A stretch of 64,000 bases of DNA from Callorhinchus milii (Eukaryota), in contig NW_024704743.1 in assembly GCF_018977255.1 (NCBI RefSeq), forward strand, positions 88,104,001 to 88,168,000, given 5' to 3'. Of the stretch, positions 50,246 to 62,342 are shown piece by piece. The notes beneath the pieces were generated by a model, which worked only from the letters and a program-made list of their open reading frames with translations, ran no database searches and was not told the origin of the DNA. The position numbers were made by a program, and so were the translations under genes. How positions within the stretch are numbered: the stretch's first letter is position 1; each line of letters begins with the position of its first letter.

Positions 50246-51744
50246 TCTGTAATCCAGTGGTTGCTGTCATTTTCAACTGGTTTTCACAATGTGATCACAT
50301 CTCACATTATATTTTCCACTTCACAATGCTACTAGTGTTTAGACCTTTCAGTTCAGTACCTTTAGTACAATAATGGTATTTCCACACCAATGGAAATCCA
50401 AAAAGATTTAGAATACAATTGGTATCAGAATAGTGTGATGTTTTTTATTGTTCTGTGTGCTAAATAACCTTAATAATAGCTAGAGAACATTAATGGCTGT
50501 TCTTCACGACAGCTATTACAAAAGCAGGTGTACTTGCAGCCCTCTTGAGGGAAAAGTTTCACTAATAGCTTTCATACTTGACTTCTTTCAGTTGAGACAT
50601 TAAAAAACGAGGTCTGGTCTGCCTGTTCAGGTGGACGTTAAAGATCCCATGGAAGTTTCTTCCAGTGTCCTGGCCAACAGTTGCCTGGATAAAATTAGTC
50701 ATTCACTACACTACACAACGCACAATGTGCTGTAAACAAATAGCTGCCATGCTTGCCTATAAATAGACAGTCACTGCGCTTTACAGTAAGTTTTCTGAAA
50801 CACTTTGAGACATGATAAGGCACTATCAAATGCAAGGATTATTTTTATACAACGATGAATTAATAACTACCCATGGCTGCCGCTAATACATAAGTTATAG
50901 GTCATTAAAATTCTACATGGTGATGTGAATTATATGGTCCCTAAATCATTTACCAACTGCTTACCAAAATCTGTGTTTCCTGATCTTTCAAAGTATAATT
51001 TGTATATAATGTAGTAATAATGATTTGTGTCTGGTTCCTTCTCCATGATGATTATAAGTGATGCTGAGAAATTAAATGTGTTCAGTTATTTGACAGAAAA
51101 ACAATGATCACAATGTGATCATTCAGGCATTCTGGCCCTGCTCTCTGGAACTCCATCCCAGAGTCCCACCAATTTCTTCCCTCCCTCCCTCCCTCCCTCC
51201 CTCCCTCCCTTCATTCAAAGGAGTCTCAAAACATGCCTCTTTGACCACAGTTTCAGTTATTGTTCCTCTTCCTCCCCCTCAGCTCCCATCCCCAGCTCAG
51301 GTACCCATCCAGCATTGTCAAGTACTTTGGGCCAACCTTACAATCTGAAAGGAACTATGTCAATGTATACAAGAGTCCTATAGCTTAGTGGCTAGAGCAT
51401 TCACCTCGCAAGCGAGAGGACCTGGGTTCGGTTGGCAAATCGCTTTTCCGGGGGTAGTAATCCCTTCAAAATATAGTCAATTCACTTTACAGTATATTCT
51501 GTGAAGCGCTTTGAGATGTCTGGAAGACGTGATAAGGCGCTATATCAAATGCAAGTATTATTATTATATATTGTATTGTATAGAAACAATTTTGGAAGCT
51601 GCAAATAAGAAGGCTTTTTGTCCCATTTGATTTATTTCCTCTTGGATACAAAACCTGCTGTCTTTTTATTACAGCAAACAAAATATTTATTAAATGTATC
51701 CAATGTTCTATCCACTAGTCTCTTGCTAGTAAACCATTTCAGTT

Positions 51745-52098
51745 TTTGAATCCTCTTTGTTTCCTTAAGTACTCCCTTATGTCTGTCCTAAAATTGTCCT
51801 GCACAGTCCTGAATCTGCCTTCTTGGCCTTGGCATTTTATATCCCTTCTGAGATGTCTCTTTACAAAGCTGAAGAGCTCTACCTTATCTAATTGCGTCTC
51901 AGAGCTCATTCCTCCAATAATGGGAACAGCTTCAATGCTTTTTCTTCCTCCACTGTCTTGTTGTCTGCTGTTGGCAGCACGGAAACCCAATTGGAGGGGT
52001 TTGTAGAGGGAGTGGCAGGAGAGGAAGGAGCGAACCTGGGAAGCAACTACTTGTTCCAGGACTTTGGAATGGAAGGGGAGGTTGGGTATAGGGCATAA
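51745..52098 (-). mobile_element. CR1 ORF2 C-terminal fragment (51745-51895) adjoining an L2 RT fragment (51965-52098)
   Basis: DKVELF..NFRTDIREYL; SNLPFHSKVLEQVVASQ..QLGFR. Confidence 0.7.
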
Positions 52099-52700
52099 TC
52101 ACCTGTTGCTTTGTATCATCTGCAAATCTGAATACTTTGCACTGAATCTATTGCATTTTTGAAGAGGATCAGAATTTAACTGCTCAAACAATTCCAAATA
52201 ATGATTTGTTTCTATTCAAATATTTGTGCCAACCACAAACCACTGGGGCAGTCCCAAGTTCCTAATGTCATCAGTTGTCTTTATAATTGGAAGTTCAGCA
52301 AAGGTGGCTATGATATGGAGCCCAAACCTAGTAATGTTGTAATGCAGTTGTTGAAAGTCTAAATAATAATTCTTTAAACATTAAACACACTAATAACACA
52401 CTAATAATAATAATCTTGGCCTTTGATGCAACTCCTTTCACATCAAGAGGATGTCTCAAATGGCTTCACATAATTTATTGTAAAGTAAAGTGACTGTATA
52501 TTTTGTAGGCAAACACAGAAGTATAAATGTAGTCATATATCATGACAAAAATAAAAACATATTCAGCATACTTTTATTGAACACCTGTGAATTGTTTTAA
52601 CTATGCCATATATACGGGGCAGGTGTGCATTCACCCCCCAAGCTATGATTCTTTGGTTTCCTACAGCACATGGCTGTGATCCATGTCTTTATTTACATAC

Positions 52701-52790
52701 CTCTTCAGTGGGTTTCGATCAATAATGTTTGAACGATATGTTCAAAGAGAAGCACCATTCTGTTCTCACAGTATTTAATTTTCTAAGTAT
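52701..52790 (-). other. Candidate 90-nt exon with stops in all frames
   Basis: cttcag acceptor, GAG|gtatgt donor. Confidence 0.35.
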
Positions 52791-53111
52791 CTGAAGTTTT
52801 ACACATGAAGTAGCACACGCTAATGAATTTATAATAAAGCCTGTATAAAAATGAGTACCTGATACAGCAAATGAGTTTTACTGGAAGCACTTGAGAAGAA
52901 CTAATGGCTTTCTTAACCATTGCTGTGCCTACTACACCTTTCAATCTGGGTCAGTGCATCTTATATGGCTACAGAGTGCCAATTGCAAGAGTACTGTGAT
53001 ATGTTTTGAACTAAATTACTATACAGTACATTACACTGAGGCCAATTGATACGTAAAGGTGAACAGGTTGCTTTACAAAAACAACAAAAACAACTTGTAT
53101 TGTATGTAGTG

Positions 53112-55306
53112 GACAATCTTGGAGGCCAAGGACAACCCCAAGCTCTTCTCCATCACCGACTGGTTCCTCCGCCCACCGTCTTACACTTCACCCATCCTTA
53201 CCTCAAATGCCAACTGCGAAACGATGCTGGACTTCCTCGAATCGAAAGTCGAGGGGATCCACTCAGCTGACTCTGCCATTCTGTCTGCTACACCCTTCCC
53301 ATGAAACCCTCCCATGCCGGCCCCTACCCATCTGTCCTTTGACACCTTCAAACCTGTCTCCCACTCCTCTCTCACCACCACTATAACCCCCATGAAACCG
53401 AACACCTGCTCCCTCGACCCCATCCCTACCCCTCTCCTTTCCTTCCAGCTCCATCTCCTTGCCCCTCTACTCACTGACATCATAACCTCTCCCTGTCCAC
53501 CGGTACCATTCCAACCCCATTAAAAAACGCCGTCATCACTCCTATCCTTAAAAAACCCTCTCTGGACCCATCTCTTCCCTCAAACTACCACACCGTCTCC
53601 AACCTCCCTTTCCTCTCCAAGGCCTGGAATGAGTCGTTGCTTCCCAGATTCACTCCTTCTTCTCCCGCCACTCCCTTCATAAATTCCCCCAACCGGGTTT
53701 CCGTGCCGCCCACAGCACAGAAACAGCCCTGGTTAAAGTGACAAATGACATTCTGTCCATCTGGGACCCACTCTATCTGCCACTCTATTGTGGAGTCTTG
53801 TAGCTCAGTGGTTAGAGCACTCGCTTTGCAAGTGAGAGACCTTAGTTCAATTCCAGGCAGGGCGAAACCTTGGGCAAGTTTCCTTACTCCACACGCCTAA
53901 TAATAATCCCTCCAAAAAAAAACAAGAATAAATTGGTCATTTTCAATCTACGACTGTTTGTGGGACATTGCTGTGCGCAATTGGCTGCCGCGTTCGCCCA
54001 CAAATATACAGTCAATTCACTTTACAGTGTGTTCTGTGAAGCGCTTTGGGACGTCCTCCCGACGTGAAAAGCTCTATATCAAATGCAAGGATTATTATTA
54101 TCCTCATCCACTGCCTCCCCTCTCACCTCAACTTTCACGGCTCTGTCCTTGACTGATTCAGATCGTACCTCTCACACCACCTTCACTTCATCTCCACAAA
54201 CAGCTTCTCCTCTAGCCCCTACACCATCTTGTGCGGCATTCCTCAGGGCTCTGTCCTTGGTCCCCTCCTCTTCAATATCTATATGCTCCCTCTTGGTGTT
54301 ATCATCTGCAGACATAGGGTCAACTTCCAAATGTATGCTGAGGACACCCAACTGTACCTCACTGCCTCCACCCTTTACTCCAGGACCACTGACAGAATGT
54401 CTGTTAGACATCAAGTCATGGATGAGAGCTAACTTTCTTCACTTGAACGTCAGCAAGACCGAGGCTCTCCTGATTGGCTCCTGTCACCGCCTCCACACCT
54501 CAGGCGCTGACAGCATCACCATCCATGGTTGCACACTCCACCTTGCTAAGCCAGTCCAGAACCTTAGCATTTTGTTTGACCCTCAACTATCCTTTATACT
54601 CCACATCTATGTCATGACCTGCTCTGCCTTCCCCCACCTCTGCAATATCGCCCGGCTCCGCCACTGTCTCACACCACAGGCCGCCAAAATCCTCATACAC
54701 GCTTTCATTACATTCGAGGCTTGACAATACAAACGCCTTGCTTGTCAGCCTCGCCAACTCCTCCCTCCATAGCCTGCAGATCATCCAGAACTCTGTAGCC
54801 CATGTCCTCATCCATAACCAGGCTCCATGACCTTATTACCCCCATCCTCGCCTGACTCCAATGGCTTCCCATCACACAGTTCAAGGTCCTGGTCTTCATC
54901 TTCAAAGCCCTCCATGGTCTTGCTTCCCCCTACCTCTGTGACCTCCTAACCCCTTACCATTCTGCTTGCTCCCTCCACTAAGCGGGCTCCAGCCTGCTTC
55001 ATGTCCCCTGCCTCACTCGCCCCACTATTGGTGGCTGGGCCTTCTACCACTCTGCCCCCACCCTCTGGAACTCCATCCCACAGTCCCTCTGCCTCTCCCC
55101 CTCCCTTGCCTCCTTTAAGACCAATCTCAAGAGCCTTCTCTTTGACTGTGCCTTCGATCACCCTGCTTTCCCCCCTGCTCTCCACCCTCCTTGATCCCGA
55201 CCCCCAGCTCGGGTCCGAAACTCTGTCTTTCCATTGGCTTGAGACGTCCTCCCGACATGAAAGGCATTATACAAATGTAATTTTGTTGTTACTGTTGCTG
55301 TTGTTG
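53112..55306 (+). mobile_element. Older L2 (YAED subfamily), interrupted by the SINE at 53790-54101
   Basis: [37 protein letters not shown]2 tail. Confidence 0.92.
53790..54101 (+). mobile_element. Full-length young tRNA-Ala-derived SINE with L2-type tail
   Basis: A box tagctcagtgg, TGC anticodon loop, B box gttcaattc, CORE-like accttgggcaagtt, tail gggacgtcctcccgacgtgaaaag..(att)n. Confidence 0.95.
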
Positions 55307-55343
55307 TCGGTCTTCCTGTGATGTGCCATCTCGGATTACTTAC

Positions 55344-55511
55344 ATTTACAATCAGATTCCTCCAAAAAAAAATTCTTAGATAACAGATTCATTACTTTAC
55401 AAACCAAATGAAGTGTTTCCCTTGGAGTTACAAATTGTTCATTCCTCTCTCTTTGCACTTTTGTTTTACTGGATTTTTTCTCTATTTGAATGTAATCTCC
55501 AAACATAAATT
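55344..55511 (-). other. Candidate coding exon, 168 nt, open phase 1-1 (FMFGDYIQIEKK..LEESDCK)
   Basis: tttttcacttgcctctgtccag acceptor, gtaagt donor. Confidence 0.55.
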
Positions 55512-57063
55512 CTGGACAGAGGCAAGTGAAAAACGTAAGATAAGGGTGCAATTACTGAGTAATGTCTTTTGTATGAAAGTGTTTACCTTTGAGTTACTAT
55601 AAGTCAGCTAAGGGATACAGCTTTGTGACAAATGTGGTCATATTAGCTCAAACAAAAAAAAACAGTTTTGTTCTGAATTATCTTCAGTTGCAGTTAAGCA
55701 TCTCTATGAGCTGTTCACAGAGATAATCAACCGCACTTTGAGATTATTGAAAATCTTGCTTTCAACTGAGCAACCCTTAGACACAAAAGAGATTTTCAAA
55801 AGAGGTAAATAATTATGTGAAACTTTTTTTGTAATGCATCACTGTTTTGGCCTTTTAAATGTCAGACTGGCTTTGTTGCAGTTCTCTCACTTCCCATTCA
55901 GAAGGTTTTGGGCTCTAACCGCATGGCAGGATTTGGAACTGACTGTCTAGCCTGACACTCCGATGCAGTGCTGGGGGGGTTCTGCATTGTCAGAGGAGGC
56001 GTCCTTCACACAGGATGTTAAACCAAGGACCATTTTGGTAGAAGTTAAACATCCCGTACCATTATTTGAAAATAGCAGGGAGTTTCTCCTGATGTCAACA
56101 TTTCCCGAGATAAACTGTAACTGAAAACAGCTAAAAAATAAAACATTTATCCTAGCTCTGTAAATACTGAAGTGATGTTTCAAAAAGCTAATCTTTTTCT
56201 TCCAATCCCACAGATAAAATTGATTTTTCACTTCATAGCTATAATTAGGACTTTGATGTGGCAAATGGGCTGCTGCATTCAGCTAGAAAATACATAGTCA
56301 CTATAATTCACTAGAAATATCCTGTGCTTAAAGATATCTTGATTACATGAATAGGCACTGTATGAAATGCAACTTTAAATATTATAAACATTGGTTATTC
56401 ACTTAATGGCTAGTTGTAGGACATTGACATGCACAAATTATCTCCTACAAATACATAGTCATTACACTTTACAGTAAAACCTGTGAAGCACAGCCCTTTG
56501 GGATTTTTTATTGATGTGATAAAGTGTTATATCAAATGCAAGTATTTGAATGTATTATTTTTAAAATAAAAAATAAATAAGGGCAAATATTGTTCGAGAG
56601 CAGATTTCTTAATGAGCACTGTGAAATGATATGGATTACTTTGCTCAAAAGTCTTGCTAGTTTCATGTGGGAGACAGGTTATGAAATAAGGTAATATTAC
56701 TTATAGGATTGAAGGGTGCTTTGCAATTAGGAAACATTTGTCATGTTCCCAGTAATTCACACATCACACCAGTGTAGTTTTTTTTTATCACAAAAGACTG
56801 TTTCAAATTATTAGCATTTACACTTTATAAAGTAATTACTGCAGTGATATTTCGATAATTAGTGCCTTGGCTAGTCAGTCAGTCATTCACTCACTCAATT
56901 TTCCATCTATTCAAATACTTTATACTTTTGAGAAGTGGTACTTTGGATAGCAAGTCAACTTTGATAAGTAGCCGTTTGAACTATTTCAGTTGGTTGACAA
57001 GTATTCAGAGTTTCACTGCATATTAATTTTTCAATAAATAATTTCATAATCATAAGTTTATAC

Positions 57064-57124
57064 CTTGGTTTTATTTGTATTTGCAGCCTCAAAAGAAGAA
57101 ACAGTGATAAATAGCCTTATATAC
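57064..57124 (-). other. Candidate 61-nt second exon
   Basis: ttttccttgcag acceptor, AAG|gtataa donor; open in frame with the exon-1 ATG at 57710. Confidence 0.5.
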
Positions 57125-57648
57125 CTGCAAGGAAAATTATGATTGTTTTCTCCAGTCTTTGCACTTGATGATTTAACTGCATGTGTGCAAGCGTGATTGT
57201 GAATGCATAAGCCATATTAGTGCGACTACTCTTTCTTTTTCACTACATGTAAAATTATAGAACAGAATTAAGTGAAAACACTTCATGTTATCAGTCACTA
57301 ATAGTTTCAACCAGTGCTATGACCAACTACAGTGCAAAAGACATCAGAGTTTAGACTATAAGAGCACAATATATTTTAAAACTAAATTGTTTTTGAGGAT
57401 TTCTAATCTACCATCAGAACAGATGTGAAAGCTGCCTCAAGTAAGGTCACAAAGAATCATAAGCTGGGCCAGTGCGGAAATATTTGCTAAAAATTACAGG
57501 GCGTTTGACACATTTTGTGGAAAATTGCAGAGGCTTGATTGGTGCTATTGAGAGAGGCATTTTTAAATAGGAGCTCAGTTTAGGCTGGGAGTCGAACAAA
57601 TAGATGGCAGTAGTGGCGCAGCTGGTATTTCTATTGTGGTTCACTCAC

Positions 57649-57860
57649 GAGCAGGCGAAGCCGATTTCCCGCTCGCGCTGCCTCCACGATCCCAACACTC
57701 CCCGCGACATGCACCTGCAACCGGAGCAGCTCCACGCACAGTAGCAGCGTCGAGGTGTGTAGTGGAGAAGGTGTTTCTTGCGTGTTTGTAGCGGAGGGGG
57801 AGACAGTTTGTAGTGGATCCCCCGACAAAAGTGCGGAAGTACTTTTCTATTGGTCCAACC
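57649..57860 (-). promoter_or_regulatory. CpG-rich promoter and first exon of a leftward transcript
   Basis: Local CpG cluster 57440-57880; minus-strand CCAAT (57849-57853) followed by ACTTCCGC ETS site (57833-57840); CTC|gtgagt donor at 57648. Confidence 0.7.
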
Positions 57861-58112
57861 TCATAAACAATCCTCCACGTCTAGAATGGTTCCTGTTCAC
57901 TGTTTATAAAAATGCATTTTAAATCAAATGTAGTATATGTTGAGCACTCAATGGCTAATTGTGTATATTTTACTCATGAAAAAGCTATTATTACTTGAGA
58001 TTTGTACACCCTTCTGTATATTCAACAACAATCCATCAACCGTGAATGAGTAACATATAGTATGTGTAACAAATTGTATATTGGGTGCATAAAAACAGAC
58101 AAGATAATAAAT

Positions 58113-58433
58113 ATAATAATAATAATAATCCTTGCATTTGATATAGCGCTTTTCACGTCGGGAGGACGTCCCAAAGCGCTTCACAGAACACACTGTAAAG
58201 TGAATTGACTGTATATTTGTGGGCGAACGCGGCAGCCAATTGCGCACAGCAATGTCCCACAAACAGTCGTGGATTGAAAATGACTAATTTATTATTGTTT
58301 TTTGGGTTTTGGAGGGATTATTATTAGGCGTGTGGAGTAAGGAAACTTGCCCAAGGTTTCGCCCTGCCTGGAATTGAACTCAGGTCTCTAGCTTGCAAAG
58401 CGAGTGCTCAACCACTGAGCTACAGGACTCCAC
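58113..58433 (-). mobile_element. Full-length young tRNA-Ala SINE inserted in a CR1 3' tail (TSD about acaagat)
   Basis: Reverse complement of the 53790 family; acaagat on both sides. Confidence 0.95.
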
Positions 58434-58682
58434 AAGATGGGCCTGAATGGCTTTCTTCTGTTCCTATATTGCTATACTAGACTATCAACTTTAAAGCAGA
58501 GATTTGTTCTGATAAGTGCCTTACATAAATGAATAGTTGTTACATTGTAAAATGCATGGTTTCTACAGATCCTATTATGCAGACTAATACAATTCAAAAT
58601 ATCTGGAATTGCCAGATGTGTATTGATCAGAAAATACACTGTGTATTTGCCTACACTTTGCAGCAAAATCCTTTGAAGCTCT

Positions 58683-60275
58683 TTGAGAGTCTGTATGGGA
58701 AGTCGTGACAATGTGCTCAGGCATTACATTCGACAGGGAGAATGGGAACATCCAGTCGTGGTCCATATTGGGATCCATGACTTAGGGGGAAAAAAGGCTG
58801 AGATCCTACAGGGAGAGTATCAGAAGCTAGGGAAAAAGCTGAAGAGTAGACCTCAAAGGTGGTGATCTCTGGATTACATCCAGTGGCTCATGCAAGTGAG
58901 TATCAAAACAGCAGGATCAAACAAATGATGCTGGAGAAATGGTGCAGAAAAAGGACTTCTGGTTCCTGGAACATTAGGACCAGTTCTGGAGCAGGTGGAG
59001 CCTGTACCAGGTGGATGGGTTACACCTGAACAGGACTGGGACCAATGTCCTCACAGGGAGGTTATCTAGTACTGTGGGGAAGGGTTTACACTAATTTCAA
59101 AGGGGTAAGGGAGTCAGGATGTAGCAACAGAGAGGATAAACAAGTTACATACAGGACTGGGAGAGACACATAGCAATAAGGAGTAGTCCAGAAGAAGGAG
59201 GGATTAGATGGGGGAGAAATCAGAGCAGACTAAGTTGGTTTTGGAGGGTATGTGCGTAAATGCATGGAGTGTCACAAATAAGGTTGGTGAGCTACAGGCT
59301 CAAGCTGCCACATGGGATTATGATGTAGTGGCAATAACGGAGATTTGGCTCAAACAAGAGCAGGAATGGGAGCTGAATATTCCTGATTACAATGTATTCA
59401 GGAGGGACAGGCAAGGAAAAAGGAGTGGGTGTGGCAATATTATTTAAAGACATGGTTACAACCCTGGAAAGGGATGATGTGCTTGTGGATACAAAAACAG
59501 AATCTATTTGGTTAGAGTTAAGGAGCTGTTACTCTGTTAGGTGTATACTATAAACCAATAAATAGTGAGAAGGAGATGAGCAAATCTGCAAGCAGATTTC
59601 AGAAAGATGCAAAACCGAAAGAGTAGTGATAGGGGGGACTTAAATTATCCTAACATAGACTAGCAAACTAACAGTGTAAAGGCCAAGGAGGGGAAAGGAT
59701 TCCTGAAATGTGTGCAGGAAACTTTCTGGATCAGTATGTTTCCAGCCCAACAAGGAAGGAAGCAGTGCTGGATCCAGTTCTGGGGAATGAAGTGGGGCAA
59801 ATGGAGTAGATTTTAGTGGAGTCCTGTAGCTCAGTGGTTAGAGCACTCGCTTTGCAAATGAGAAACCTGAGTTCAATACCTGGCAGGGTGAAACCTTGGG
59901 CAAGTTTCCTTACTCCACACGCCTGATAATAATCCCTCAAAAAAAAATTGGTCATGTCAATCCATGACTGTTTGTGGGACACTGCTATGCACAATTGACT
60001 GCTGCATTTTGCCCACAAATATATAGTCAAATCACTTTACAGTCTATTCTGTGAAGCGCTTTGAGACATCTAGAAGATGTGAAAAGCGTTATATCAAATG
60101 CAAGGATTGTTATTATTATCTGAAAAACAGTGATCATTAGGTTTAGAGTACTTATGGAAAGGGACAAGGAACAGTCAAAGGTGAAGATACTCAACTGGAA
60201 GAGGGCTAATTTCAGTGAATTGAAAAGGGACCTAGCCAAGGTGGACTGGAAAGAAAGATTGGCAGGAAAAACAGC
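58683..60275 (+). mobile_element. Decayed CR1 LINE: ORF1 SGNH-esterase end and ORF2 APE endonuclease, interrupted by a SINE
   Basis: VVVHIG.HD, DGLHLN (ORF1); NAWSVTNK, VVAITE.WL, FRRDR, LNWKRANF (ORF2). Confidence 0.9.
59816..60119 (+). mobile_element. Full-length young tRNA-Ala SINE
   Basis: Same head, body and tail as 53790-54101. Confidence 0.95.
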
Positions 60276-60282
60276 AAAAGAG

Positions 60283-60425
60283 CTGCTGAAAGTGGTTGAA
60301 CTCAATATTGAGGCCAGAGGGCTCTAGCTCAGAAGATCCCTAGCAGATAGATGAGATACTGTTTGTCGAGTTTGCGCTGTGCTTCATTGGAACAGTGTAG
60401 GAGACCATGGATGCAGAGGCCAGAC
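60283..60425 (-). mobile_element. Penelope-like GIY-YIG C-terminal fragment
   Basis: Minus translation GLLHCSNEAQRKLDKQYLIYLLG..SGLNIEFNHF. Confidence 0.7.
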
Positions 60426-61517
60426 ACTTCAAGTGTCAGCTCACTTGGTAGCTCCCTTGCTTCCAAGTCAAATGATTGTGGGTTCAAACCCCAAGTCAAA
60501 ATGGACAGTTACTACACTTTAGAGTAAATACTGTGAAGTGCTTTGAAACATCTTCCTGACACAAAAGGTGCAATATCAAATGCAAGAATTATTTGGAGAG
60601 TGGGGGCTCACATGTAGTATGAACCCTGGCTCAGACTAGTTATGCTGAATGGCCTGTTTCTGTGCTGAAATGTTCTATGTAATTCTGTTTATTTATTGTT
60701 GTAACTTTCTTCCCTTTGTATGTTAAAAACAGAATCAGTTCTCGGTCTGTGGTTAGTATTTGCTTTAAATGCAAAGTTATTGCTTTCCTGGACACAGATT
60801 GATGGAAGTTCATGCTGCTTGATCAATAGAAAATCTATTTTATGCCCACACTCATTATTAGAGTCTAATTTGTGGGTTGAGTTAATGAAGTGCAAACATG
60901 TGTAGAAAGGGAGTTACAGGTTCCTGTGATTATGTCATAACACCTAGTGAATACTTATTTTCATTGGTTAATGATGTACTCAGGGGTACCTGTCATTCCT
61001 GTTGTACACATGCATTTGCGCATGGTTAACCCAACCTGAATAGAGTAGACCCCAATATGGTGCAATTCTGGGAATTGTAATATTACATAAAATGCACAAT
61101 TGCAATTGAATAAAATGGTTTATGGTGTGGGGGAGGTTCCAGATGTGCTTTAAAGAGAATGAGGCATCACATCTCTTGTTAACCTGGTGGAAGAAACTCC
61201 AGACCTGAGGCTCGCTGGAAGCTTGTGGCAGATGAGCTGGGGCTGAAGCTCAGCTATTGTCACTGTTGTTAGTGTTTGTGAGAGGCAATTAATTGTGTGC
61301 AGGTAAATCCTGGGCAACAGCATGCTGCTGTTTTATTGTGCTTTTGTTTTGGGAGACATGCTGGTGGTGTGTTGTTTTGGAGCAGGTGGCCGAGCCCAGC
61401 AGGTGTGTGCGTGTGGTTGGGGGGAAGGGTGTTGTCTATGTGTCTGTGTTAAGCGCCAGAGATGTACAAGGGTGTCAGCTCTTCCCCTTCCGTCCTGAAC
61501 AGACAACAACAACAATT

Positions 61518-61742
61518 TAATAAATAATCCTTGAATTTGATATAGCACCTTACCATGATTTCGAGACTTCTCAAAGCGCTTCACAGAATACACTGTAAAG
61601 TGAACTGACTGTATATTTTGTGGGCGAAACGTGGCAGCCAAGTGCGCACTGTGGTGTCCCACAAACAGTTGTGGATTGAAATGACCAATTTATTATTTTT
61701 TTTCGAACGCATTATTATCCCTGGAAAAGCAATCTGCCACCA
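61518..61742 (-). mobile_element. 5'-truncated long-form SINE
   Basis: Common 3' body plus the ggcagattgcttttccaggg segment. Confidence 0.85.
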
Positions 61743-62342
61743 TCCCACACTTCTAGCCTGGGCTGACCAAGCAACTAGCTTTCCCCAGCACACCACCATC
61801 CCTTGGCACAGAGCTTGCAGTGCTGGGAACTGGCTCAGCCTCTCTCACACACACACACACCACCCATCCCACTGCAAGCCACGTTACCAATGCAGCTTGA
61901 ACTTTAATGCATTAAAACCGTGGTTCCGTCTAATTTAATTTTCACTCCTAACACACAGACATTTCGTATGATCAGAAAAAAAAACATACTGGGTAAAATG
62001 CACGCAGCTGTGCGTTTATAGAACATAGAGGAGGGGGAGGGAGAAACACGAACAGACTGGAAGTTAGACAGCAGAAGGGGATTAAAATGCTGCTCTTAAG
62101 AAGCAGCTCGATTCTGGAAGTGCTGTCTTAATGGCAGATCACGATAAGACACGAGGAGAGGAGGCTGGAGCTCTGTGTCTCTCTCTCTCGCTCTCTGTGC
62201 TGAGAGCAGATGGCAGCAGAGAAGGAAAAGTGTTTGAGCTGAGCCAGACTGACTGAGAGAGAGTGTGAGGGAGGGAGTGTGTGAACAGCTCAGGGCAGCC
62301 AGGCTCAGGCTTGGGAAAGCATCACTAGAGATCAAGCTGCAT

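Noticed and set aside
53790..53865. tRNA-Ala(TGC) genes (also ~58433, 59816, 48510, 22848)
   Set aside because: Each is fused to the same SINE body and tail with no poly-T terminator, so they are SINE heads.
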